Below are positions 11,090 to 22,262 of a DNA stretch of 64,000 nt, in pieces. The notes under the pieces are model-generated. The model was not told where the DNA came from. It did no database searches and saw only the letters and a list, made by a program, of their open reading frames with translations. The first letter of the stretch is position 1. Every line of letters starts with the position of its first letter. Source of the stretch: Felis catus (taxonomy: Eukaryota); NCBI RefSeq assembly GCF_018350175.1, contig NC_058383.1, positions 9,612,001-9,676,000 of the forward strand, in the 5' to 3' direction. Made by a program: the position numbers and the translations under genes.

Positions 11090-13115
11090 CCAAATTGGTG
11101 CAGCCACGGTGGAAAACAGTATGAGGTACCTCAAAGAATAGCAATGGAACTATTAATTCAGCAATTCCGCTCCTGGGTATTTCTCCAAAGGAAAGGAAAA
11201 TACTAACTTTTTGTTTTCATTAACTCTCAAATAAACATTTTATCAGATTCGATCTCAAATTTTTAATATATATATATTATTTTATTATAATAAGAATAGA
11301 ATGTCAAAACAGGGCATAGATACTACATACACATATAGAAAATTAGTTGTTGATAGAAAATGTTTACATTGGAATAACAATCAAAACGAAAATTTCGTTT
11401 TGCCTGTTTTCCATTTATTAAAAAGGTCTTCATGTTGTGAAAATAGTTCCAACTTCTTTTCTAAACTTCTAGTCTAGCAATAAAATCAGTATATGTCTCC
11501 TATTGGCAAAAAATAAAATATTTGACACATCAGATAATATACAATGACTACAACAGTAACTTTTTTTTAATTTTTTTTCTCAACGTTTATTTATTTTTGG
11601 GACAGAGAGAGACAGAGCATGAGTGGGCGAGGGGCAGAGAGAGAGGGAGACACAGAGTAGGAAACAGGCTCCAGGCTCTGAGCCATCAGCCCAGAGCCCG
11701 ACTCGGGGCTCAAACTCGCAGAGCGCGAGATCGTGACCTGGCTGAAGTCAGACGCTCAACCGACTGCGCCACCCAGGCGCCCCAACTACAACAGTAATTT
11801 TACCGTATAGGGATTTACCTCACTCTGAGGCACTTCACGCACGAAAACTATCCATTTGTTTCTTTTTTTTTAACTTTCTTTTTTCTTTTTTAAAATTTAC
11901 ATCCAAATTAGTTAGCATCTAGTGCAACAATGATTTCAGGAGTAGATTCCTTAGTGTCCCTTCCCCATTTAGCCCATCCCCCTCCCACAACCCCTCCAGC
12001 AACCCTCAGTTTGTTCTCCATATTTATGAGTCTCTTCTGTTTTGTCCCCTCTGTTTTTATATTATTTTTGTTTCCCTTCCCTTATGTTCATCTGTTTTGT
12101 CTCTTAAAGCCCTCATGTGAGTGAAGTCATATGATTTTTGTCTTTCTCTGACTAATTTCACTTAGCATAATATCCTCCAGTTCCATCCACGTAGTTGCAA
12201 ATGGCAAGATTTCATTCTTTTTGATTGCCGAGTAATACCCCATTGTGTATATAGACCACATCTTCTTTATCCACTCATCCATCGATGGACATTTGGGCTC
12301 TTTCCATACTTTGGCTATTGTCGATAGTGCTGCTATAAACATGGGGGTGCATGTGTCCCTTCGAAACAGCGCACCTGTATCCCGTGGATAAATGCCTAGT
12401 AGTGCAATTGCTGGGTCGTAGGGTAGTTCTATTTTTAGTTTTTCGAGGAACCTCCATACTGTTTTCCAGAGTGGCTGCACCAGCTTGCATTCCCAAGGAA
12501 AATACCCAATTGAAAAGATATGTGTGCCCTCATGTTCACTGCAGCATAATTTACAAAGTCCAAGATATGGAAGCAACCTAAGTGTCTATCGGCGGATGCA
12601 TGGATAAGGAAAAGGTGATGTATATATATGCAGTGGAAAATAATTCAGCCATAAACAGTCCTGCCATTAACAGGGGCGGACCTTGAGGGCATTATGCAAA
12701 GCGGAGTCAACTAAACAAGAAAAGACAAATACCGTATGATCTCATTTATACGTGGAATCTTTTTTTTTTTGTTTTTTTTTTTTATAAACGGACTCACAGA
12801 TACAGAGAACAGATTGGTGGTTGCCAGAGGCGGGTGGGGTGGGGTGTGAAATGCGCATAGCAGGGTCAAAAGGTACCAGCTCCGGGTAGAAGATGAGTAA
12901 GTCCTGGGGGCGTCCCACGTAGCACCAGAACTAGAGTTAACAACACCGTGTTGTGTACGTGAAAGTCACTAAGGGAGTAGGTCTTAAAAGTTCTTCCTGC
13001 ATGAAAAAGTTGTAACTGTGTGTGGGGACAGATGTTAACTTATTGCGGTGACCATTTCACAACATATACGTGTCCGGTCATTATGTTGTACCCCTGACAC
13101 GAACACAATGTTCTA
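11090..13115 (+). mobile_element. Old L1 3' end (host of the 11209-12494 insertion)
   Basis: Degenerate L1 3' ORF2/UTR motifs (CAAATTGGTGCAGCCAC..., GCAACCTAAGTGTC..., CAGATTGGTGGTTGCCAGAGG). Confidence 0.8.
11209..12494 (-). mobile_element. Short 5'-truncated L1 (about 11860-12494) plus probable 3'-transduced unique DNA (about 11209-11857)
   Basis: TSD AAGGAAAATAC at 11193-11203 and 12495-12505 brackets both parts; inserted into an older + strand L1 that resumes colinearly. Confidence 0.8.
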
Positions 13116-15759
13116 TGGTCTCGGCTTCTGCTTTCAGATGGCGGCTGCAGCGGTAAAATAAAGGTGGCGACATCATAAAGTCTCGTATTTGTTCAAAGCC
13201 TTTGAACTTTTCAAGCTTCACCCTTTCCCTCTGTCCGCCCCCTGCACCACCCCCCCCCCCCGCCCCGCCTGATTTTTCTTCTCTCCCCAAAAAGCCAGCC
13301 TACCTACTGGGCTCAGCAAGGCTCCATCCATCTGCTGAGAGGGCAGTGCTTCTGGACAGCCATGTGATGATGGCAGCCCCTGCTCGGCTGTCCCCCCGAG
13401 CAGGTCAGTTCTTCCAGAGAGACAGCTTCTCTTCTTCCCCATCCCTGTTTCCATTTTGGAAGCAGACCTGCCTGGAGAGGCTCATCTGGCCGAGGGAGAT
13501 GTTTTGCCATCAGACGTACTTGAATCCTCTTTGAGATCTTGCAACTCTATTTGTTCTGCAGAATTCCACGGCCTTGTTTCTCTGGATTGAATCTCTATTA
13601 AGAGTTATCTAACTTCCCAGAATTCTAGCTCTGTCAGTTTCCAGAAAACACCTTCAGGACACTTAAAGATTTCTTCCCCCTGAAGCTGTGGGGTGGACTC
13701 ACAGGCCTCGAGTGCTCGGCCCAAACCAGACAGCAAGAGGACCCCTTGAACGCTCAGCCCACCCACCACACTCCCAACTCCCTCTCTTCCTTGGCTCCCA
13801 CCCAATCCCATCTGCGGTCATCCTGCTGCTCCTTGGTCAGTTTCAAGCAGTCGCTTTTTGGCCTCTGCGTTTTCTGATTCCAGGAAAAGATACCCTGTTA
13901 CTGGCTTTCCCTAGAAACGTCACCATCCTTCGGGCGTTCCAACTTCTGAGCAGTGACAAGCCCTATGGAACGGGCGCTTCTTGCCAGGACGCCGTGGGTA
14001 TGGCGCGGTCACAATAGTGCCGGGTGACGCTTTCCAGGGATTACCAGGAGAAACTTCTCATGGGACTCGGAATCGGGAAGAGCTGTATTCTCCCAAGCAA
14101 CGAGTGGTTGGTTTTTATGTTCTGGACATTGTGAATCCTGGGACTGAGTGCACCTCCCTTTCTGTGTCAGCTCTTTGAAACTTTATCAGCTCTTGCAGCC
14201 CGAACAGGTGCAACACCTTATCTGTACCTGTCATTATTTGCCCTTTCCTTTGATATCCTCACTTAACTGCAGGACAGAACCCGGAGCAAGCTAACCTTGA
14301 GGCCCTTTCTCAGGGGAGGGGGGCAGGGGACAGGGGACGCTCAAGAGGCAGGAGAGGGCACACACTTGAGACACACCTGGCTTTGAACCTTGGCTCTGCT
14401 GCCTGAGAGCTGTGTGACCTTGAACAAATTCTCTCCCCTCTTGGAACCTCGGTTTCCTTGGCGGGAGATGGTTGGCCCACTAAAACCTCCTTCACAGGAC
14501 TGCTTTGGGGATTAAGTGGAGTAACTGGGAACATGCAAATGGGAAAAAGGTTTGTCTTTTCTGACGCCAGGGAATATGTTTTTCTTGGCTGGACTCCACC
14601 CTGCTTCTATCAGACCCAAACTAGGATGGAGCCTACCTCTTGCGGGGGCTGCCCAGCTCTGGGGAAACCCTCCTAACACACTGGGCCCCCTTCTGCTCTC
14701 TCCTCGATGTCCAGATCTCCCTGGGGACAGTAGACAGAGGATCCATTTCCATTCACTCAACTCTGGTCTTGTCCACCGTGTACTCCCAGGGCCTGCGGCA
14801 GTGCCTGGGTGCCTGGTGAGAACCCAGCAAACGTGTGTGACATAAATGGATTCCAGACTCTGTGCTGAAGGCTTATGAAAACCAACAAGAAGCCTTCTTC
14901 CCAGTTCCTTGATGATGAATTGCAGGGGCAGGATGAGGGTACAAATGGGGAATAACCAGTACGTTGTCCTTCAAGGCTAAATGCAAAGATCACTTTCTTT
15001 AATGGAAGACTCTTCTGACACCCTAGCCTCCTTCAGATTCCCTCGATGTACATTTCTGAAGCTCCCTAAGCTTCTGCATCAAAGTACATGCCCCAGGGGT
15101 AATTGATAAGGTATTGGGTAATTGTTTTCTGCTCGATGTCTATTCCCTCCACGAGAACGTCCACAGCAGAGACCACATCTGTCTTGTTTATCTCTGGATC
15201 TCAGCATCTCACACAGTGTGGAGAACAACAACAACAAAATCATTTGTTGCACGAATGAGTCAGTGAAGAAATGAAAGGGAAGAGCTCACCGTCCAAGAAG
15301 GAAGGCGGACGGGTAAGCTGATGTGTGTGGAGAGTGCCATCTGCAATTCAGCTCTGTATAATGTGGAGCTGGAGGAGGGCCACGGGATCCGGCTGGGAAC
15401 GATGGAGGAAAGGCTTCCCCCAACAGATGACATGGGTTGTAGGCTGGGAGGGTGGAGTCTTTGCAGACACAGAACGGGGTGTTCTGCCCCCAGCAGAAGG
15501 ATATTCCGTTGCAAAATATCCTCCAAAATATTTTGTTTATGCTCAAATCCTTGCCTAGGGATCTGCTTCTGGGAGAACCCAGTCAGCTCGGGCTGCCATA
15601 AATGACAGATATTTATTTCTGGAGCAGAGTCCTGAAGGCTGCAAGTCAAAGGTCAAGGTGTTAGCAGACTTGGTTTCTCCTGGGGCCTCTCTCCTGGGTG
15701 TGCCGGTGGCCACCTCTTCACTGTGCCTTCAAACGGCCTTTGCTCTGTGTGCACACATT

Positions 15760-16290
15760 CTTTTTTTTTTTTTTTAATTTTTTCTTTTTTTTTCAACATT
15801 TATTTATTTTTGGGACAGAGAGAGACAGAGCATGAACGGGGGAGGGGCAGAGAGAGAGGGAGACACAGAATCAGAAACAGGCTCCAGGCTCTGAGCCATC
15901 AGCCCAGAGCCCGACGCGGGGCTCGAACTCACGGACTGCGAGATCGTGACCTGGCTGAAGTCGGACGCTTAACCGACTGCGCCACCCAGGCGCCCCTGTG
16001 CACACATTCTTGATGTCTCTTCCACCTCTTCTAAGGATTCCAGTCCTATCAGATTAGGGCCCCACCCTTGACCTTAATTACCTCTTTTTTTTTTTTTTTT
16101 AATGTTTCTTTATTCTTGAGAGAGAAGAAACTGCAAGTGGGGAAGGGGCAGAGAGAGGCGGAGACACAGGATCCTAAGCAAGTTCCAGGTTCTGAGCCAT
16201 CAGCACAGAGCCCAACGTGGGCTTGAACCCACAAACCATGAGATCATGACCTGAGCCGAAGTCGGACACTCAGCCGACTGAGCCACCAAC
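15760..16290 (-). mobile_element. Two Can-SINEs with TSDs
   Basis: TSDs TGTGCACACATTCTT and ACCTTAATTACCTCT. Confidence 0.93.
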
Positions 16291-16669
16291 CTTAATTACC
16301 TCTATAAAGCTCTTATCTCCAAATACAGTCACACTGGGGATTAGTGAACACAATTCAGTCTATAATGAGGCAAATCAGCTAAAAGGAAGGGGGGGGGGCC
16401 CAGAGAGGTGAGCCAGGAGAGGCCCGATTCTGGGAGAGTGTCCAGAGTAGTGGGGAATGCAGATTATAGTCCAGACCTCGGGAGCCATATGGGGTTGAGG
16501 GTTCTGAGATATCCATACATACATGGGGTGGGAAGGCCGACTAGCAGGCTGGAGGGTAGGGGTCATGGGCTTCAACCACAGGGAAGAGGATGGGGGCAAG
16601 AGAGCAGGATCCAGGATTCAGTAACTTATCTGCCACATCATTTCCTCCTCCTTCACCAAGGTATTGAAA

Positions 16670-17042
16670 TATGCATAGACACTTTTCCAAAGAAGATGTC
16701 CAGATGGCCAACGGACACATGAATAGACGCTCAGCGTGGCTCATCATCAGGGAAATACAAATCGAAACCACACTGAGCTACTACTACCTCACACTGGTCA
16801 GAGTGGCTGAAATGAACAACTCAGGAAACAAGAGATGCTGGCGAGGAACCCTCTTTCACTGTTGGTGGGAAAGCAAACTGGTGCAGGCGCTCTGGAAAAT
16901 AATGTGGAGGTTCCTCAAAAGATTAAAAACAGAACTGCCCTGCGACCTAGCAATAGCCCTACTAGGAATGTATCCAGAGGATATGGGAGTGCTGATTCAC
17001 AGGGGCACATGTACCCCGCAGCACTATTAACAATAGCCAATG
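16670..17042 (+). mobile_element. Internal L1 ORF2 C-terminal fragment
   Basis: ORF 16671-17030 [12 protein letters not shown]...CW...[10 protein letters not shown]...WRFLK. Confidence 0.85.
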
Positions 17043-17249
17043 CTATTGGAGAACGCTGTGGTTAGTGTTCATTGTGTCCCATTTACGAAACCTTTGGGTG
17101 CCCAGCGCACTGTATAGCTGCTGGAGCAGAAACTGGGGCGTGAAGGTGGCCAGTAGGAAGGTGGCCAATTTGCGGGGCAAATTGAAGGCATGGGGGTGGG
17201 GGTGGGGGGCTCAGCCTGAAAAAGAGAACTTTCGGGGACAAACATGATG

Positions 17250-17703
17250 ATTGTAGCAGGTGCTATTGGGGCCCCATGCATATCCCCTTATCGTTCACTT
17301 CTGTGAGCCAAAGGCTGCTTATTGAGGACACCTGCCCCGGCCTCAGAGCCTTTCCCCTGATCCCAAGCACGCTTGGCCCGCTCCTAGGACAAGACAGGGA
17401 TGATGGGGTGCAGCCTTCAGTCACTGACAAGCAGAGAGGTGGAGAGTTAGTATCCCCACTTCTTCACCCCACAGTCGGGCCAACTCAGGCTTGTTCTGCA
17501 CCGGTGCCCCGAGCCCCTCAGAGCCACCCCCACGCCGTGGCTGCTCCTGGCAGTAACCTGCGTGATCACCCGCCTCCGTGTTGGTGTCCTCCTGTCCCCC
17601 ACCTCCCGTCCCCTCTCCTCGACTGGTGTCTTCTGGGATCACGAATTGCTTGCACTGGGGTCCTCGTCTCCTCTCCTGTTTGAGGGGAACCCAAACTAAA
17701 ACA
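17250..17703. mobile_element. Old ERVL-type LTR (LTR16/LTR33-like)
   Basis: Starts TGTAGCAGGTGCT and ends GGGGAACCCAAACTAAAACA, a typical terminus for this group. Confidence 0.5.
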
Positions 17704-17853
17704 ATGGTCTTCAAATCGGCCAAAACCTCAATTTCTTCATCTTCTAACAGAAGCTAAGAGAAATTAGGCATTTTAAAACAGATCTGGTGAATTGGTGGAA
17801 GCAATGAAAATATAGATTTCAGCCAAATTTTTTTTTTTTTTAGAGAGAGAGAG

Positions 17854-17887
<34 letters not shown>

Positions 17888-18514
17888 GAGGAGAGGGGCA
17901 GAAGGAAAGAGAGAGAATCCCAAGCATGCTCCAAGCTCAGTGCAGAGCCCGTAGTGGGGCTCAATCCCACAACCCTGGGATCATGGCCTGAGCCAAAATG
18001 AAAAGTCGGACGCTCAGCCAACTGAGCCGCCCAGACGCCCCAGATTTCAGCCAAATTTTAAAAAGAACCTAAAAAGACTTTGTCAAAGTCTGAGCTGTCT
18101 TAGCTTGTGACAAGGTCAGCAGTGAGTCAGAACCGTAGTCAAAACAGTCTGGATGACTTGGGTGGGTGCTTGGGGGTGGGTGTTGTTTTAAAGGGTCTCA
18201 GGCAGCTCTGAAAAATTCTATGGTTCTAGATGGCTAGTGGATTTTTTTCTTTTACCTTAAACTGAAAATGTTAAAGCCCTAGGGGGCATCATCTGGAGGA
18301 CGGGGGTGGATATGACTGAACACAGTGTTATGAAATACAGATGTGAAAGTCCCTCTCTACCTGCCCCCCCCCCAGACTCTCCTGGGGAAATTCACTGCCC
18401 CATTCTAGAATTCACTTTCCCCATTTTGGCCAAATCTGGCTAATATATAGATTCCTGGATACCCCTCCCAAAAAGCCTGATCCAGGAGGTACAAAGCAGG
18501 AACAGGGAATATAG

Positions 18515-18515
<1 letters not shown>

Positions 18516-18552
<37 letters not shown>
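18516..18552. repeat. (TG)n microsatellite upstream of CCL26
   Basis: About 18 TG units, seen directly. Confidence 0.95.
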
Positions 18553-18553
<1 letters not shown>

Positions 18554-18868
18554 CAGGGTCCAGGCAATTGTGATGTCCTGTCTGGTTTGGAGCTCTCTAA
18601 CCCTGAAGAGATAGCTTGAAGTGCCCCCAAGCAGCTCTGACCCTGTGTGTCAGGTGATGTGTGGCACTGAGAAGACAGGACGGGCACACGCCCGAGCATT
18701 GTTCTTCAGCATTCATTATCATGGCTGGGCTGCTCTGTGCTCCTGTCCTGAGACTGTCTGTACTTCACCAAGAGATAAGCAGTGTTTAGGAAGCAAAGAA
18801 AGCTAGGGTCAAGAGCTAGAAATCAATCCAGAACAACATCAATTGTGTCCTAAGGTGATTTAAGTCAG

Positions 18869-18878
18869 TTCTCAAGAA
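18869..18878. promoter_or_regulatory. Second STAT6-type site TTCTCAAGAA upstream of CCL26
   Basis: Perfect TTC-N4-GAA about 250 bp upstream of the TATA box. Confidence 0.6.
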
Positions 18879-19095
18879 TTATTATTTCATTCCCTCTGCC
18901 TTTGCTCTTCAAACAGGACAGCATTGATTCAGACAAAAGCAGGGGATGGGAGAGGCAGGCAGAAACTCCCAGTGGGGTGCTGGCTCCTCCCCTTCCCTCA
19001 GAAGACTTTCCCTTTCTTTCCAGTCTTCTTCCTTGGGTAACAGGTTGTTCTTACGTGATAGGGTCAAAAGAGCTGTTTTTGCCTCAACCACAAAA

Positions 19096-19105
19096 TTCTC
19101 TGGAA
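19096..19105. promoter_or_regulatory. Proximal STAT6 site TTCTCTGGAA of CCL26
   Basis: Perfect TTC-N4-GAA 25 bp upstream of the TATA box. A proximal STAT6 element is the established driver of IL-4/IL-13 induction of human CCL26. Confidence 0.85.
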
Positions 19106-19129
19106 TTCTCTTCAGGGACGACTCAACCC

Positions 19130-19136
19130 TATAAAA
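19130..19136 (+). promoter_or_regulatory. CCL26 TATA box (TATAAAA)
   Basis: Consensus TATA 64 nt upstream of the ATG. Confidence 0.85.
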
Positions 19137-19199
19137 CGGACTCCAGTGGAGTCAGGAGGAACTTGGGAGGACACTCTGAAGGGCCCCGCTTGTGGCACC

Positions 19200-19272
19200 A
19201 TGAAGAGCCTTCCTGTTGGCTTTCTTGTTCTCCTGATCTTCATCCTGAGTGTCCATCTCGGAGTTGCCACAC
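19200..19272 (+). CDS. CCL26: CCL26 (eotaxin-3) coding exon 1, signal peptide MKSLPVGFLVLLIFILSVHLGVAT(R)
   Basis: Kozak-like GCACCATGA; leader ends like human CCL26 (LSLHLGTATR); donor CAC|GTATGG; 73 nt, phase 1. Confidence 0.93.
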
Positions 19273-19360
19273 GTATGGAGCTGTCCCACTCCCTTCTCAG
19301 GCAGGCTGGGAGGAGAAGCAAAGGGCCACCTCCAGGCTCCTTCCTTTCCCTGTTTTTTAG

Positions 19361-19475
19361 GTGGCAGCAATGTGGCCAAGTTCTGCTGCTTCCAATATAG
19401 CCACAAGATCCTTCCTTGGAAGTGGGTGCATGCCTATAAATTCACCAGGAACAGCTGCTCCCAGCGGGCTGTGAT
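19361..19475 (+). CDS. CCL26: CCL26 coding exon 2: GSNVAKFCCFQYSHKILPWKWVHAYKFTRNSCSQRAV(I)
   Basis: TTTTTTAG acceptor; CCFQYSHK-LPW-WV and NSCSQRAV are diagnostic of CCL26; donor AT|GTGAGT; 115 nt. Confidence 0.97.
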
Positions 19476-19699
19476 GTGAGTATTTCTTGTCTGGGCTTTC
19501 AGGGTTCCTACTGGCCATGTGATTGCATGGGTGCTGGGCACACCCCCACAGTGTCAGGATGAGCTCAGGATGGGAACCTGGTAACTTAGGTCATCACCCT
19601 GCCTCTGCCACTAACAAGTGTGACCCTTAGCCTTGGTTTCCTAACTTTCAAACTATGTGCCAGGCAATGTGCTAAGTGCTGGGTATAAAAGAGAGAACA

Positions 19700-19825
19700 G
19701 GGGCACCTGGGTGGCTCAGTTGGTTAAGCGTCTGACTCTTGGTTTCGGCTCAGGTCATGATCTCACAGTTTGTGAGTTGGAGCCTTGCATCGGGTTCTGT
19801 GCTGACAGTGTGGAGCCTGCTTGGG

Positions 19826-19871
<46 letters not shown>

Positions 19872-21140
19872 GCCTCCCCCCCCGCCCCTTCCCTGCTCAC
19901 TCCTCTGTCTCTTGTCACTCTCTCCAAAATAAATAAATAAAATTAATAAAAAATAATTTTTAAAAAAAGAGGGGGGCACCTGGGTGGCTCAGTCAGTTGT
20001 GTCCAACTTTGGCTCAGGTCATGATCTCATGGTTTGTGAGTCTGAGCCCCACATTGAGCTCTGTGCTGATAGCTCAGAGCCTGGAGCCTGCTTCAGATTC
20101 TGTGTCTCCCTCTCTCTGCCCCTCTCCCACTCAGGCTCTGTCTCTGTCTCTCTGTCTCTGTCTCTGTCTCTCTCAAAACTAAATAAAAACTAGAAAGAAA
20201 AAAAGAAAAAAAAAAAAACAAGGTGGTTCTAAGCTCCAGCATAAGTGCCCCCATGAACCTGGCAGAAACTCCATAACCTTCTATGACTTTGTCTGTGAGG
20301 TCACACACCATCACTTCTGCCACAGTCTGCCACCGGTCAACCAGTCCCTAAGGCTGGCCTATATTTCTTTCAATGGGAGTGATGTCAGAGACATTCCCAG
20401 CTATGCTTTCAAACGTTCACAAAACTCTGCCTCTCCCTTATTCACCCCTCCCCACTTTGGGCTGTTTTTCCCTGCCTGTGCTGGGACCTGCCTGAGAGCC
20501 CCGTAAATACTACTGCACCCTGCAAGTTGTTCCAGGCTAAAGTGCCCCGGACCTAGGTTCTCATCACCCTCAGGAGTGGTCTCAGGGGACAGAAGGCTGG
20601 AGGACATTCAGGGATATCAACCACAACCCCCCACTCTCCATGAGTGCACAGCATCGTGAGAGTGCAGGAATCCCATATAAGCGGCCACGGCAAACAGCCC
20701 AGGATAATGTGGTTAAGAATTAAACAGCATGACAGGCTTTTATCGCCTGTTTTTGCTTAAAGATTTCATGTGCTATAATTCCACAAATTAAAAATAACGA
20801 CAAAAAAAAAAAGGAGAAGAAGAATTAAGCAGCATGATGCATATGAGTTTCCCTTTGGGAGGTTGAGGCAAAGATTCTAAACTGGGTGGTAGGAATGTTT
20901 GCATCATCCGTGGATCTACTAAAAAGCAGTGAATTACAATTATATGCTTTATTTTTAGTTTTTTTAATGTTTTATTTTACTTTTGAGAGAGAGAGCAAGG
21001 GAGACACAGAATCTGAAGCAGGCTCCAGGCTCTGAGCTGTCAGCACAGAGCCCGACGCAGGGCTCAAACTCACAAACCGCGAGATCATGACCTGAGCCGA
21101 AGTCGAGAACTTAACCGACTGAGCCACCCAGGTGCTCCTA
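19700..21140. mobile_element. Three Can-SINEs in CCL26 intron 2 (about 19700+, 19972+, 20945-)
   Basis: SINE consensus seen directly. Confidence 0.92.
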
Positions 21141-21471
21141 AATTATGCACTTTAAGGAGTAAATTGCATGGTGTGTGAATTATGTCTCAATAAAGCTTTT
21201 CCATTAAAACAAAAGAATTAAGAGGCATGGTACAGGTTACATGCTTCGGACTAGAGCTGTTGGAAATGATTTCCTGGGGGAGGTGGGCCTGGAAGCACGG
21301 TCTCCAGTAGAAAACAGGGCCAAGGGGAGAGAAGGACCAGAAGACGGAACAGAAACTGTGTAACAGGTGCAGCAAGGCCAGAGAAAGTCAGTCAAGTGGC
21401 TGACCCTCCCCTTCCATCTCTTCCAGAGGCATAAGTTCTCAGTACTGACTGTCAGCTTCTCTTTTCTGCAG

Positions 21472-21568
21472 ATTCGTTACCAAAAAAGGCCATAAAGTCT
21501 GTGCACAGCCAAAGGAAAAATGGGTGCAAAGATACATTTCTTTACTCAGAGCACAGCAGCAAATGTGA
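21472..21568 (+). CDS. CCL26: CCL26 coding exon 3: FVTKKGHKVCAQPKEKWVQRYISLLRAQQQM*
   Basis: Pyrimidine tract + CAG acceptor; KVC--P--KWVQ-YISLL motif. Exons total 73+115+97=285 nt = 94 aa + stop. Confidence 0.96.
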
Positions 21569-21668
21569 CCTGTTGAACCTTCAGCCCCAGGGTACCTGGA
21601 CCCTGCTCTTGAGATTGCTATCCTTGGTGGAGCCTGGAGATTTTCTTCAGCAGGAGGCCCCATGGGCT

Positions 21669-21751
21669 GGAGGAGGAGGAGGAGGAGGAGGAGGAGGGGG
21701 AGGGGAGGAGGAGGGGGGGAGGAGGGGGAGGGGAGGAGGAGGGGAGGAGGA
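21669..21751 (+). repeat. (GGA)n / G-rich polypurine tract in the CCL26 3' UTR
   Basis: About 83 nt of pure G/A starting 100 nt after the stop codon. Confidence 0.95.
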
Positions 21752-22032
21752 TTTAAAGATTTCCCCATTAAGATTTGATGTACTCCTAAATATCCTTATT
21801 CAGTAAAACCTGAATTTTCTCCAAAGAAAAGAAATTGAGTCAGCATTTTTGGCTGATTGCCTGGCTTGTCCCCCCCATTCCCTGCACTGACACTGGTATG
21901 GAATTCTTCCTCACGTTTCTGTGCAACAAAACAAAACAAAGCAACAAGGGGAAGTTTAATGTGTTTGGACATGACAATTAAATGTTTTCACGTTAGAGAG
22001 GTAAGTTTATGTTGTTTGGAAAATTAAGTTCT

Positions 22033-22262
22033 GGGGGCGCCTGGGTGGCGCAGTCGGTTAAGCGTCTGACTTCAGCCAGGTCACGATCTCGCGGTCCGTG
22101 AGTTCGAGCCCCGCGTCAGGCTCTGGGCTGATGGCTCAGAGCCTGGAGCCTGTTTCCGATTCTGTGTCTCCCTCTCTCTCTGCCCCTCCCCCGTTCATGC
22201 TCTGTCTCTCTCTGTCCCAAAAATAAATAAACGTTGAAAAAAAATTTAAAAAAAAAAAAAGA
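22033..22262 (+). mobile_element. Young felid Can-SINE just 3' of CCL26
   Basis: TSD AAAATTAAGTTCTG; near-identical to the copies at about 2836, 9919, 15760, 23423, 37605 and 59140. Confidence 0.95.
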
